NCBI RefSeq assembly: GCF_001186125.1
Contig: NW_014040488.1
Coordinates: 63,609 to 125,785 of the forward strand
Reading direction: 5' to 3'
Source: Sphaeroforma arctica JP610
Lineage: Eukaryota
DNA: 62,177 nucleotides
Part shown: in pieces, positions 1 through 11,157 of the stretch
Position numbering within the stretch: the stretch's first letter is position 1
Layout: every line of letters begins with the position of its first letter
The notes under the pieces: model-generated
What the model saw: the letters and a program-made list of their open reading frames with translations, nothing else
Database searches by the model: none
What the model was told of the DNA's origin: nothing
Made by a program: the position numbers and the translations under genes

Positions 1-11
1 TAAGTGGACGA

Positions 12-500
12 TCATCTCACTCTGCCTTTCCACGTTTTCAGCCTAGTGATCGCTTGTTTCGCCTTCTCTAACTTGTTATACCTGTAAGAGGACGGCTTAA
101 AGCTCTGCTGCGCTGCTTCGAACCATAGGTTCTTCCGTAGATTGGCTGTAAGCATAATCGGTCCAAACTCTTTCAAAGACCTAGATAACACTGCCAGACT
201 GCTAGTATCGATTGGATCCTTCCGGTCCTTTCGATCAGATCTGTATGTCGTTGGTAGTTTACCTATGTCCTTTACAAACTTCTTGCCTTCCACAGCCTTC
301 TCGGTCTGAATCACTCTTAGTTCTGAATCAATCTTAGTCTGGAGATGCGCAGCCATTGTCATATAAAGACTAGCGGCATCAATCCTACCTAGATTCATCG
401 CTTCGAGTGAAGCAGCCTCGGCCTTGTTCATTTGAATAGTGAATAAAGCAATTTTCAGATCACTACTAGAGTGATCTGATCCCTTCTTTTCTGATTGCAT
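12..500 (-). pseudogene. gag-like ORF fragment of copy A
   Basis: 162 aa ORF, clearly homologous to 5949-6332, which lies upstream of a zinc knuckle, protease and RT in copy B. Confidence 0.65.
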
Positions 501-512
501 CTGACCATGCAG

Positions 513-2020
513 TCAGTTATCTGCCTCATCCTTTGATCCATCGATCTGTTCAATGTTAATGAACGCTTCGGATGGGACAGCATCTTTTGTCGTCTTTGGG
601 ATAGCCGCTGGGGGCGAACTGTCTCCCGATGACGACAAGAATTTTCTAGCTTTCACCTGATCAGGTTTAGGCTCTTCGGTCGGTTTGTCCTTCTGAAATA
701 CCTCTGGAGCAATCTGTGGATTTCCTTCCGGTAATGGATTTGTATTAGGCTCCTGTTCAGATGCCATTCGCGACATTGCTGTTGCGTCCAATCCAGGAGA
801 GGGTTGAGTTTCGGGTGATGACGATCGGAGTCTGCTTGCCTCTCCATTGTCTGACAACATCTCGAACGCCAATATGGCTTGATAGAGTGCCAAATGGTTT
901 GATATCAAGTCGGGAAGATCTATAAGAAGATCCCGAATTGCGTACCAAATTAAGAATCCAAAACTTCCATATATCCTAGTTCCGAATACCTCCGGTAGTA
1001 TCTTTTGAAATTGACGGAAAAGTTTGCGTGCTTGCTTACCTTCGTCAGTTTTCATTAATTTTAGCCGATTGTAGTATTTAGTATCCCTAAACAAATCGCA
1101 CCCAAACTTTCTTACCGCTGCAATATCATTACATACCTCGGTGAGATGGTACCGTCTGGGTTGGTCTTCAATACGTCAGGAAAGTACTTTCCATACGTAT
1201 TTCGAAACACCCATGCCCTGTTGGCCCGCTGTCGGATTAAATCTCGTTGACCCTCCTCCTGACTATCAATCTGCGCCTGGTATGAATTGCCCAGATGAAA
1301 ATTCTGTCGCCAAGCCGGTCGGAGTGGTGTTTTGGGTATACGCAGGAATTGTGAGGCAATCTTGCTGTCCGAATCGTCGTCATGACGGTGAAATGTCTGG
1401 TCCACATCGTCCGGACCTATATCCACGAAACGCAGTTGTTCTTCCGATACGTTGATTTGGGGTTGATCCAACAGTGGTGTTGGCTCATCCTCCGAGTCAT
1501 CCTCCCCTGATTCATCACGACTTTGATCCTTCGCTGCGGCTTGCTTTTTCTTTCGCTGCTTAGTAGGTCTCAAATCATGTACCATTAGTTGGTAGTCTTT
1601 CAGAAAGGCTCTCCTATCCCTTGCTATCATGTGATAAGTAGGATTTCGCCCACGTGCTTTGCACGTATCCACTGGTGGATATGGTACATCTGATTCCAGT
1701 GCATGTCGCACTTCCTCTGAAGTTGAATTGTCTGAGGATTGCGTTTTCTCGGCCTTTCCCTTTCGAGATTTCGCCTTCTTGGCTGGTGGCTTCTGTGGCT
1801 CCGTAGTCACATTACCTCCGGATGCACATATACCCGAGTCAACCAACTTCTTACGTTTTTCATTAGTCAGAACTGGTACCGGTTGTCTGGACGTGAACTC
1901 AGTTACGTCAGAGTCCACTGATGATACCGGGGGTGTTTTCTACTTTCCATCGCCTACAGTAAACAAATTTACTTTTGCAGCCTTAGCTACATTCGCTGCC
2001 CTATTGTTTCCTTTCGTCAT
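513..2020 (-). pseudogene. Upstream low-complexity ORF (ORF0) of copy A, disrupted
   Basis: ATG at 2020 (MTKGNNRAA...), in-frame TAG at 1940-1942, ORF 1112-1918, a frameshift near 1112-1170, then ORF 513-1094. K/S/D/E/P-rich. Confidence 0.55.
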
Positions 2021-2052
2021 AATATCGATAGCGTATTATAAACTTAAAAATA

Positions 2053-2956
2053 TGTAAAAGTCGGTCTCCTCTAGGCTGACTATACGATACCAAGACGTTT
2101 GGGTAATAAGACAATACGTTAAAACGTTAAAACGCAAGATATTAAAAATAAGTTTAGCTTCAGCCCTTGGTAGTGAGCAAAAGATTAGGGGATTTTAGAC
2201 TGAGACTATTGTCTATATGCTCCACTCTAATCACTCACTACTTCGGTCTAGATTTTTTATAATTTAGTTACTAAGACTAGATATCATTTCATTGGACGCA
2301 TATTTTACATTTCACGCGTCGAAACAACTATCTACTCAAACTAACCAATAAAATATCTCTAAGTCCAACCTAAGAAAAATCAAAAATCAAATCAAAACAC
2401 CAAGCTGATGCAGTATACATCTGCACCTAAACCCCATCACTTGGTACCTAACTCCTCATCCCATTTAAGGCATAGACGGGCACATCTAGTTGGCTGGCAA
2501 TGAGGAATCAAAACCATGTTGTCCTAAATTCTAACAACTTTGATCCTGTCCTTTTCTCAGTGGATTATCCTGTTCTGAAATTACTATCGAATTATACCAT
2601 TGGTTTGTACCAACAACCATTTCATGCCTGAGACCCTCTCTCATGGTACTCCCGTTGATTAGAGATTCCCAAAGTGTCATTTTCAGGTGTCAGATTTGTA
2701 TCATTCCTAGGGTTTAGGGTTTCTACACCCTAAACCCTGAACCCTTATGTACGATTCTAATTTCAGTGGAAAAACCAATCTATATTTGGAAAACCACCTA
2801 ATTGTCTACAGTAGAATCCCTTACTCTACTGAGTACTATCACATGTTCAGAATCTTAAATATCTCAATTCTTGTTCATGTCCAATTCGTTAATACGTTTA
2901 TACGTTTATAATATACGTCAACTGTGCAACTACTATTAGGAACCCGCTATTTTACA
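2053..2956 (-). repeat. LTR (family 1, 5' LTR of copy A)
   Basis: TGTAAAA...TTTTACA termini; aligns by eye with 4599-5487 (inverted), 6994-7870 and 9559-10452. Confidence 0.92.
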
Positions 2957-3933
2957 TGTGGCTCCCTTGAATGAATACTGCTGTCCCTCACAAGTGAAGG
3001 TGAAATACTTCCGGTGTGGTTTGTATATCTTCATTTGGGGGTAGCCTTGCTTAAAATCGATGGTCGAAAATATCTTCGCTCCTTCCATTCTTCTCAGCAA
3101 TTTATTAATTCTCGTTAAGTGAAAGTTGTGTGTGGGTATAAGAGCTTTTATAGGACACATATCCAAATACACGCGAACCTTCTTTAACGTGGCATCGGAG
3201 TTGAACTGGTCTACAGCCAAGAGTGCCAGGTAGACAGGAGTAGGTTCGTAGTTGACTGCGATTACCCCGTCTTCCAAACATGCCTTAACTTGTTCTCGTA
3301 CCACCTGTTCGTGACGCCACGCTACATAATTTCGCGTTGAACATTTCAACTTCGAAAAGTCCATTTTTGTCAAATTTAAGCTCATGTATCCATTGTTGAA
3401 TTTGAACTGAGCCCAGTCGGTGATCTTTATCTTGTTATTCTCGAAATAAGATTCATTAGCTTCTCCGTGAATTGAGGTATCATCTCTTTCACAGTCTTAG
3501 AAGGCTTATATACAGATTTCAGCAGATTGTCATATGACTGATCCTTCTGTGGGTCTATGTTTGTTGGCAAACCGGTAATCGTTATACCTAACGATAGCAA
3601 ATCCCCCATCCCCACTATTCAATCATAGTCAGGCGAAGTGTTACAGACAACCGCTTTTGGAACCGTGGTCCTTTGATTTGTAAGGGTAAATCATAAATCG
3701 CTGGCCATGTCATGACACGTAATCTCCCTTTCGTCGGCTAATTTCAACATAGTAGGTTCTGATTTAAGAGCTATATCATTTATCTTACAGAATCTCGATG
3801 ATATACATAAAATTTGCGAGCCCGGATCCAATAACGTTTTTATTCCATGTCCATTAACTCGTACATCTAGAATGACGCGCTCATCTTTGGTGCATCCTTT
3901 TGTTTCAATGCCAAGATCCGGTAAGATTGTCAC
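2957..3933 (-). pseudogene. pol fragment: aspartic protease plus N-terminal reverse transcriptase
   Basis: TLLDPGSQILCIS; KKVRVYLD; GAKIFSTIDFKQGYPQMKI...YFTFT. Broken by stops and frameshifts and truncated by the LTR at 2956. Confidence 0.88.
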
Positions 3934-4583
3934 TTAACTTCTACCTTTAATTGCACCTTACACATGTGTTTGTGGTAACCTCCAGTCCCTGCACAGTCTG
4001 CACACTTCGCAATAAAATGTTTACATTTCTCTGCGTGCCTGCCATTCCAGCGTCCATTTGGCTCATGTTGGGTCATGTGCCAGCTGCAATCTGTCTCAGC
4101 ACAGTCCTTGGTCTCCTTATACTTTGGTTTAAGAGGTTCGGCTGCCTGATTAGATTTATTGCCCAAAGTCCCGCGAGTGTTGACATTGTTCTTTACCATC
4201 ACCATCTTGTGCATGCTTGTTCTTCTGGCCTTCTTTGTCTATACCTTTGTTCCCTTTGTTATTTCCTGTTCCCGTATGAGAGTGTAAAAATAACGGGTTC
4301 CTAATAGTGGTTGCACAGTTAACTTATATTATAACCGTATTAACGTATTAACGCTTTTACTAATAATCCTGGAATACGTTTAACGAAGTGAATATGAACA
4401 AGAAATGCGTAACTAAAACTTATAAAGGCTAAGCATACTTTGTCTAAGAGAATATAACATAAGCATTGAGGCCGTTATATGATCAAAACCCGTTTCTTTT
4501 CTTTTTCGCATGTACAATTCATGTGAGCTTTTTGAGTCTATGTACTGATACGTCATATAAGCCAACATTGTAATTTTCAAGCT

Positions 4584-4595
4584 GAGGGGGGGGGG
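4584..4595 (+). promoter_or_regulatory. Polypurine tract (plus-strand primer)
   Basis: GA followed by ten G, ending 3 nt before the LTR start at 4599; this fixes the LTR sense orientation. Confidence 0.85.
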
Positions 4596-4598
4596 CTA

Positions 4599-5487
4599 TG
4601 TAAAAATAGCGGGTTTCAAATAGTAGTTGCACAGTAAACGTATAAATGTATTAATGTTTATACTTATATTCCTGGGATACGTTTAACGAATTGAACATGA
4701 GCAAGAACTGCGTAGTTCAAAATTCTGAACATGTGGTAGTACACATTAGAGTACGGGACTCTACTGTGGACAATTAGGTGGCTTTCCAAATATAGATTGG
4801 TTTTTCCACTAAAATTAGAATTGTACATACTCTAGGAATGACACAAATCTGACACCTGAAAATGACACGTTGGGAATCTAAAATTATTGGGAGTACCGTG
4901 AGAGAGGGTCTCAGGCATGAAATGGTTGTTGGTACAAACCTATGGTATACTTCAATAATGATCTCAGAGCAAGATAATCCACTGAGAATAGGACAGGATC
5001 AGAGTTGTTATAATTTAGGACAACATGGTTTTGATTCCTCCTAGTCAGCCAACTAGATGTGCCCGTCTATGCCTTAAATGGGATGGGGAGCTAGGTACCA
5101 AGTGATGGGGTTTAGGTGCAGATGTATACTGTACCGACTTGGTGTTTTGATTTGATTTTGATTTTTTTCAGTTGGACTTAGAAGTATTTTATTGGTTAGT
5201 TTGATTGGGAGATTGTTTCGAGGCGTGAAATGCACACTATGCGTCGAATGAAATGATATCTAGTCTCAGTAACTAAAACATAAATAAATCTAGACCGAAG
5301 TAGTGAGTGATTAGAGTGGAGCATATAGACAATAGTCTCAGTCCAAAATCCCCTAATCTTTTGCTCATTACCAAGGGCTGAAGCTAAACTTATTTAACAT
5401 TTTGCATTTTAACGTTTTAACGTATTGTCTTATTGCCGTTAACGTCTTGGTATCTTATAGGCAGCCTAGAAGAGACCGACTTTTACA
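4599..5487 (+). repeat. LTR (family 1, 3' LTR)
   Basis: TGTAAAA...TTTTACA termini; reverse-complement homolog of 2053-2956. Confidence 0.92.
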
Positions 5488-6993
5488 GGCACCGTCTTCT
5501 TATTAGGCGGTATGAATTTCACCAAAGGATTCGGCGAACCAGAAAACGTCTGATCTGCTCTCGAGTAAAATTCAGTCCAAGTCAGGTCGGCGAGTTTCAT
5601 GATGCCGTAAGTTGGCCCTTCAATTGAAATCTCACGTACCTTTTCTGGGAAAGATTGATGCATGTCTACGTACAACACTTCCTGGTCTTTTCGGTGAAGA
5701 GCCGACCGAAAAATTGTTTGTACCCACAACACACATACTCAGTGTGTCTGGTGCCATTTCTTGTGTCTGAGCACGTGATATATGGGTGTCCAATTCCAAT
5801 AAGTAATGTGACACTGGCGTCCCTTCGTCCGGGGGTGCCGTTATAGATACCAGCAGTTCCGGCCCGGGGTCGATTGAAAATATATGAACTATCATCTCGC
5901 TCTGCTCCTTTCATGTCTGCAGATTTGTTACAGCAGCCTTTGCCTTCTTCAACTTATTATACTTATAAGATGATGGGTAAGCATGAATTGACCAAACTCT
6001 TTTAAAGATCTTGACAATAGCGTTAATTTACTCGTATCGATTGTATCCTTTTGATCTTTTCGAACTGGGCGATACGTGGTGGGTAACTTACCTATATCCT
6101 TGACAAATTTCTTACTGTCCACTGTCTTTTCGGTGTGTATGATGCGTAGCTCCGTGTCGATCTTGGATTGGAAATGCCTCGCCATTGTCATTCTCAAGCT
6201 GGCTTGCTCTATCTTCCTTTGATCCATTGCTAGCGTCGCCCCCTCTTCCGCGTGAGGGATCCGAGCTGTGAAATCAACAATCTTCGTGTCACTCTCCGAA
6301 ATCTCATCAACTGATGCGTCCGTCTCCCTCATACCATGCAGTCACGGATCATCTCCATCGTCCCTGTCATCCTTCTTGCTCTTCTTGCGCTTAGTCATCG
6401 TCGTCTCGTTGATGTCTTCGATCGCTTAGCAGACGGCGGCTGATTATCTGGTCCCGACGAGTCTGATTCTTCAAATTCTGGCGATGTTCGACTTTCGTCA
6501 CCGCTAGAACTCTTCGACTTCATTTCCACCGTGAATTTTCTTTTGCCGGTATTCTTCTGGTCCTTGTATTCCTTGAATGCGGCTGCCAGCTGGCGTAATT
6601 CGCGCATGTAATCGTCGGTAAATCTTCTCCCTCCGAGTTTGAATCCGGTTCTGATTCAGATTGTAGAGCCTCTTTACCTTTCGGCGTTGGGCTCTCCGAC
6701 TTTGATTCCGGTGGTTCCGGCTGGTCTTCCGCCGAACCCTTCTTTGGATTCCTTTTGCCTTTCTTCTCCTTTGGCTTCTTTGACTTCTTAGACTTGTGTG
6801 GTTTACACATCGTCACATCGTCAAAGATCTCTTTGGGTAGAGCATGTGCCATCATAATTGACACATCTTCAGCCGCTTGAGAATCGGGCTCGTAGGGGGG
6901 TTTGAGAGGACTGACCTTCGGTTGGCTCTTAAATGCCTTGGATTTTCCTTTACGTTTTGTCCTTCTCTCGATAGCGTTATAAACTTAAAGTTA

Positions 6994-7870
6994 TGTATAA
7001 GTCAGATTAACCAGGCTGACTATCGATGTCAATAAGTTAACGTAAAAGAAAGTACGATTTCAAAGTAAATTTGCATAATGTAATTTAAGTAGCTTCAGCC
7101 CTTGGTAATGAACCAAAGATTCGGGGATTTAAGACTGAGACTATTGTTGTCTTTATAGTTCCGCTCTAATCACTCAATACTTCGGTCTAGTTTTATTTAG
7201 TGTCAGTAACTAAGATCAGATTTCATTTCATTGGATGCATGATATTTCATTCCATTTCATTTTACGCTTCAAAACAATCTTCCAATCGCAATCACTCATA
7301 AAATAACTCTAAGTCCAACTTGAGAAAATGAAAAAGGTATCAAAAACACCAGGTTGGTACAGTTAAATGTCTGTACCTATACCCCATCACATGGTACCTA
7401 GCTCTCCATCCCATTGAAGGCATAGACGGGCACACCTAGTCGGCTGGCTAGGGGGAATCATTTTCATGCCCCATTTCTCAGTGGGCCATTTCGCGCTGCG
7501 AGTGTTCGGTAATATAACGTGTGTCATCAAGTGTCAAATTCACCTCAGACTCTCCCAACTATTATATTCCAATATTCTGGTGGAAAATATATCGTTATAG
7601 CAAAACCATCATGTCAATATCAACCGAGTCTCCAACCTCTGTTGTATACAATCATATTTTCAAATATCCCAAAATAGGTTATTTGTTTGTTTGTGTTCTG
7701 CAAATTTAATATATCTAAATTTAGATTATTCGATTATTATACAGATACAAATATCTACAATTGCGTTTCAACGTATACCAGGTTTTATAACCGTAATAGC
7801 GTTTAAACGTTAATACGTGTATAAGTACGTTTATCATGTGCTTCTACTATAGGAACCCGCTGATTTTACA
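6994..7870 (-). repeat. LTR (family 1, diverged subfamily; 5' LTR of copy B)
   Basis: TGTATAAG...TTTTACA termini. Homologous to the other copies except ~7460-7750, and has the same adjacent leader motif as copy A. Confidence 0.88.
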
Positions 7871-7981
7871 GAAGTACCATTTCTGATAGCTTGTTCAGCA
7901 CTTAAACTGTCTAAAAGAACAATCAATAACAACACTTAACACACAAAACAAATAACAAATATGTTATACATTTAAAATCGT

Positions 7982-10900
7982 TTATTCATCTAGTTGCTTT
8001 GCTTTCTTTACTCTTCTACTTGTTACCTTGGGCTTAACCTTATTTTGCGTTATACAATTGAGTCTGTTGTAACCACCTTTACACCCTGGTTCTGGACAAA
8101 GACTACATGGCTTCTTCACACTCTTACTCATCAATTCTATGGATGTATTTTGTTGGAAATCCTGTTGTAATTGCACAGGTTGTACAGGGTGTTGTAGTTG
8201 CACAGTCTGTCGTGGCTGTACAGGCTGTTGTTGTGAAGCCTCGCTTGATGTTGCTTTGTAGTCTGTTGCTGCTGCTGTTGCGGGTGGTGTTGCTGTTGTT
8301 GCGAGTTTTGTTGCTGTCCAGCTTGCTGTGCAGTTTTCGCCTGCTGCTGTACATTCCCCCGTTCCTATTGCATAACATTCTGCTGTTGCATAATTTGTTG
8401 CTGTTGCATGAGTTGTTGCAATTGCATAAATTGCTGTTGTATTATGATCTGTTGCTGCATGGCTTGCTGAGAACTAATCATGACTTCATTTGGACGCATG
8501 GTATGCATCATACCAGAATTTGTTGGTCGTTGTTTCCTGATCTGCGGCGGCAATTGCTGAGATATGCGAGGTTGAGCTTGTATATTTTTGAACACTGCAG
8601 TACTTGCAACAGTTTGCGTGAGACCGCCTGCAGTCTTAGCACTCTGAGCTAATCTTGGCATAGACTGCATATTAGGAACAAATTGACTGCTCGAGGATTG
8701 ATGTTGAGTACTAGTAGTACAGTTATCTTTATTACTACCATGGTGGATTTGGTATATTACCTCATCCTCTTCTTATTGTTCCGATACTTCGGTGCGAGCA
8801 GCATTACTATTGAGCTTAGAACTCAATTCGTCTAACCCCGGGTATTGCGCACGTGTCGCTGCCTCGTTTCGCTTCCTTTCCATTACGCCTCTAGCAGTTT
8901 CAAAGTGTGCCTCCACCTTCATTAAAATATCCTCATCGTTCACCTGTACATTCCATGGCTCCATCATAGCTTCATTCGTTAACCCTTGACCCATTAACTT
9001 CTGTTGGTAATTCTTGTACCTCTGCAACATATGCCCGATCGGGTGTGAGCTTCACATCCTTCAGTCTTTCTTCTAACTCTGAAAGTTGCGTCTAATCCAC
9101 AGTGTAGCGCATACTAGATATACCCGTTGTCTCTCCCGTATTCAAGAAGTTTGTTTTCGACTCCCATGGCACGCCATCAATACTATAAGTTTCACCTGTG
9201 AGATCTCCGTATGCTGATGCAATGGTGTCCTCCAATGCTAAATCGCGATGTCCACAGTCAGCCACCCCTCTTTTCTGTACACCAATTGTGTAGTTCCTTT
9301 GTGTTACGAATCTAGACAGAATCATGTCCCCTTGTTTACCACTCAACATGTAGCAGCCCGATCTTCTACTGAACTCCTGATGCCAAGCTCCCTCAACACC
9401 ACTAGTACCACGTCTTCATACAGTGTGAAGTACATTCTTTTCCCTGGGATCTGAATAACACCCCCTGCGGAAGCTTAGCAATATGCGTCTGGCTTGCTGA
9501 GATACACTTGTAGTGAAAAACCGCTCATTTTGAATACTAGTTGCACACATCGAGTGATTGTAAAAGTCGGTCTCCTCTAGGCTGACTATATGATACCATG
9601 ACGTTTACGTTATTAAAACAATACGTTAAAACGTTGGAATTCAAAATGTTAAATAAGTTTAGCTTCAGCCCTTGGTAGTGAGCAAAGAATAGGGGATTTT
9701 AGACTGCGACTATTGTCTATATGCTCCGCTCTAATCACTCACTACTAGGGTCTAGATTTATTTATGTTTTAGTTACCAAGACTAGATATCATTTTATTGG
9801 ACGCTTAGTTTACATTTCACGCCTCGAAACAATCACCTAATCACACTAACCAATAAAATAACTCTAAGTCCAACTTAAGAAAGAAAAACCCTAAAACAAA
9901 AAGAAAATCAAAACACCAAGCTGGTGCAGTATATATCCGCACCTAAACTCCATCACTTGGTACCTAGCTCCCCATCACATTTAAGGCATAGACTAGTTGG
10001 TTGGCTAGGAGGAATCAAAACCATGTTGTCCTAAATTCTAACAACTCTGATCCCCAGTGGATTCTCTTGCTCTGAGATCATTTTCGAATTATACCATAAG
10101 TTTGTACCAACAACCATTTCATGCCTGAGACCCTCTCTCATGGTACTCCCAATAATTAGAGATTCCCAAAGTGTCATGTTCAGGTGTCAGATTTGTGTCG
10201 GTCCTAGAGTATGTACAATTCTAATTTCAGTGGAAAACCCAAGCTATATTTGGAAAGCCACCTAATTGCCCACAGTAGAGTCCCATACTCTAATGTGTAC
10301 TGTCACATGTTTAAAATCTTGAATTACGCAGTTCTTGTCCATGTCCAATTCGTTAAACGTATTCCAGAATTATAAGTATAAGCGTTAGTACGGTATACGT
10401 TTGTAATATACGTTAACTGTGCAACTACTATGAGGAACCCGTTCTTTTTACATGATGATCACTGGATCGGGACATATACGTGAGACACGTGCTGTCAAGT
10501 ATGCTCGCCCACTCTTAGTCTTGTCATTCTGTAAAACAGATGAATTCTGTCGTGTAACTAGAACGTGATCCACTATCTGCGTTATAGCTGTATCGCGTAC
10601 ATACTTCGCATCCTTGAACAAACGCATGAAAGCTTGAAAGCAAGAGTGTTTTGTTTTAAGCGGTAGTAGCTTGAGGACATGGAATCCATCACCGAGCACC
10701 CTTCTGAAAGCTGGCATATCTTCTGGAAGGGCTGCACCACTCCCCAGCTCTATAGGCGATAGTATGTTGCCAATCTCAGCCTCGATGCCGTCCTGTCCCG
10801 TGCACGAGAATGATGTGCCTCCACATTACTACGTATACAATTGAAGTGTAGGACCTGGCTCTCCTAAGTTTAAACCAGTCTTCGTTCTGAGCCACCATCG

Positions 10901-11157
10901 TGGCCCGAAGTGATGCAACAAACTGTCGGCCGAAACGGTTCAGTTGCTGCTGAAGTATGCGCATCGCGGGACTCGTCCAGAGATACTTTTGATAACGCAC
11001 AGCTGGCCATATACGTGCGTAGCTCTTCTAACGCGTGTACTGTAACCCGCAGATCCTTATGCAGTGCGCGCACATGGGCCGCCACCACCGAATGTGAAGT
11101 GTCTTTGCGTAAATGACGCTATTCACCAGCATGTAACGTGGCCATCGCATCAATCGC
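7982..11157 (-). pseudogene. Decayed DDE transposase-like gene with a Gln-rich tract and C-terminal Cys cluster, split by a solo LTR
   Basis: Fragments RVLGDGFHVL..KHSCFQAF (DxxH), RVSRICPDP, GCYSDP, RGTSGVEGAWHQ (candidate catalytic E), poly-Q (8100-8670) and CSLCPEPGCKGGYNRLNC. Many frameshifts. Confidence 0.55.
9559..10452 (-). mobile_element. Solo LTR (family 1) with 4-bp target-site duplication
   Basis: TGTAAAAG...TTTTACA flanked by TGAT at 9555-9558 and 10453-10456. Confidence 0.92.

Larger units (their letters stand above)
1..2956 (-). mobile_element. LTR retrotransposon copy A (family 1): 5' LTR plus ORF0/gag-like region; continues beyond the window start
   Basis: LTR at 2053-2956 is followed on the minus strand by a short leader and ORFs. 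ORF 12-500 is homologous to 5949-6332 of copy B (shared KKFVKDIGKLPTTYR). The LTR edge cuts the RT of copy B. Confidence 0.85.
4283..5487 (+). mobile_element. Internally deleted family-1 element in the opposite orientation (partial 5' LTR, 3' internal remnant, PPT, full 3' LTR)
   Basis: The LTR start TGTAAAAATAACGGGTTCC at 4283 runs ~135 nt, followed by unique sequence, the polypurine tract and a complete LTR at 4599-5487. No target-site duplication is visible. Confidence 0.8.
2957..7870 (-). mobile_element. Degenerate Ty3/Gypsy copy B (family 1): 5' LTR, ORF0, gag, protease and RT, interrupted by two younger insertions
   Basis: LTR 6994-7870; gag-like fragments 5488-6864; Cys/His knuckle CADCAGTGGYHKHMC (3930-4214); protease LLDPGS (3691-3933); RT FSTIDFKQGYPQM...FTFT (to 2957). 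Confidence 0.85.

Noticed and set aside
2060..2175. Hammerhead ribozyme in the LTR 3' region (CTGAAG plus short stems)
   Set aside because: The full CUGANGA...GAAA core in the correct arrangement is absent; the stems fit a primer-site structure better.
4278..5492. Target-site duplication for the inverted internal element
   Set aside because: The flanks GAGAG and GGCAC do not match; the junction was probably altered by deletion.
8107..8652. 181-aa Leu/Val-rich + strand ORF resembling a membrane protein
   Set aside because: It is the antisense reading of the CAA/CAG poly-Gln tract on the minus strand.
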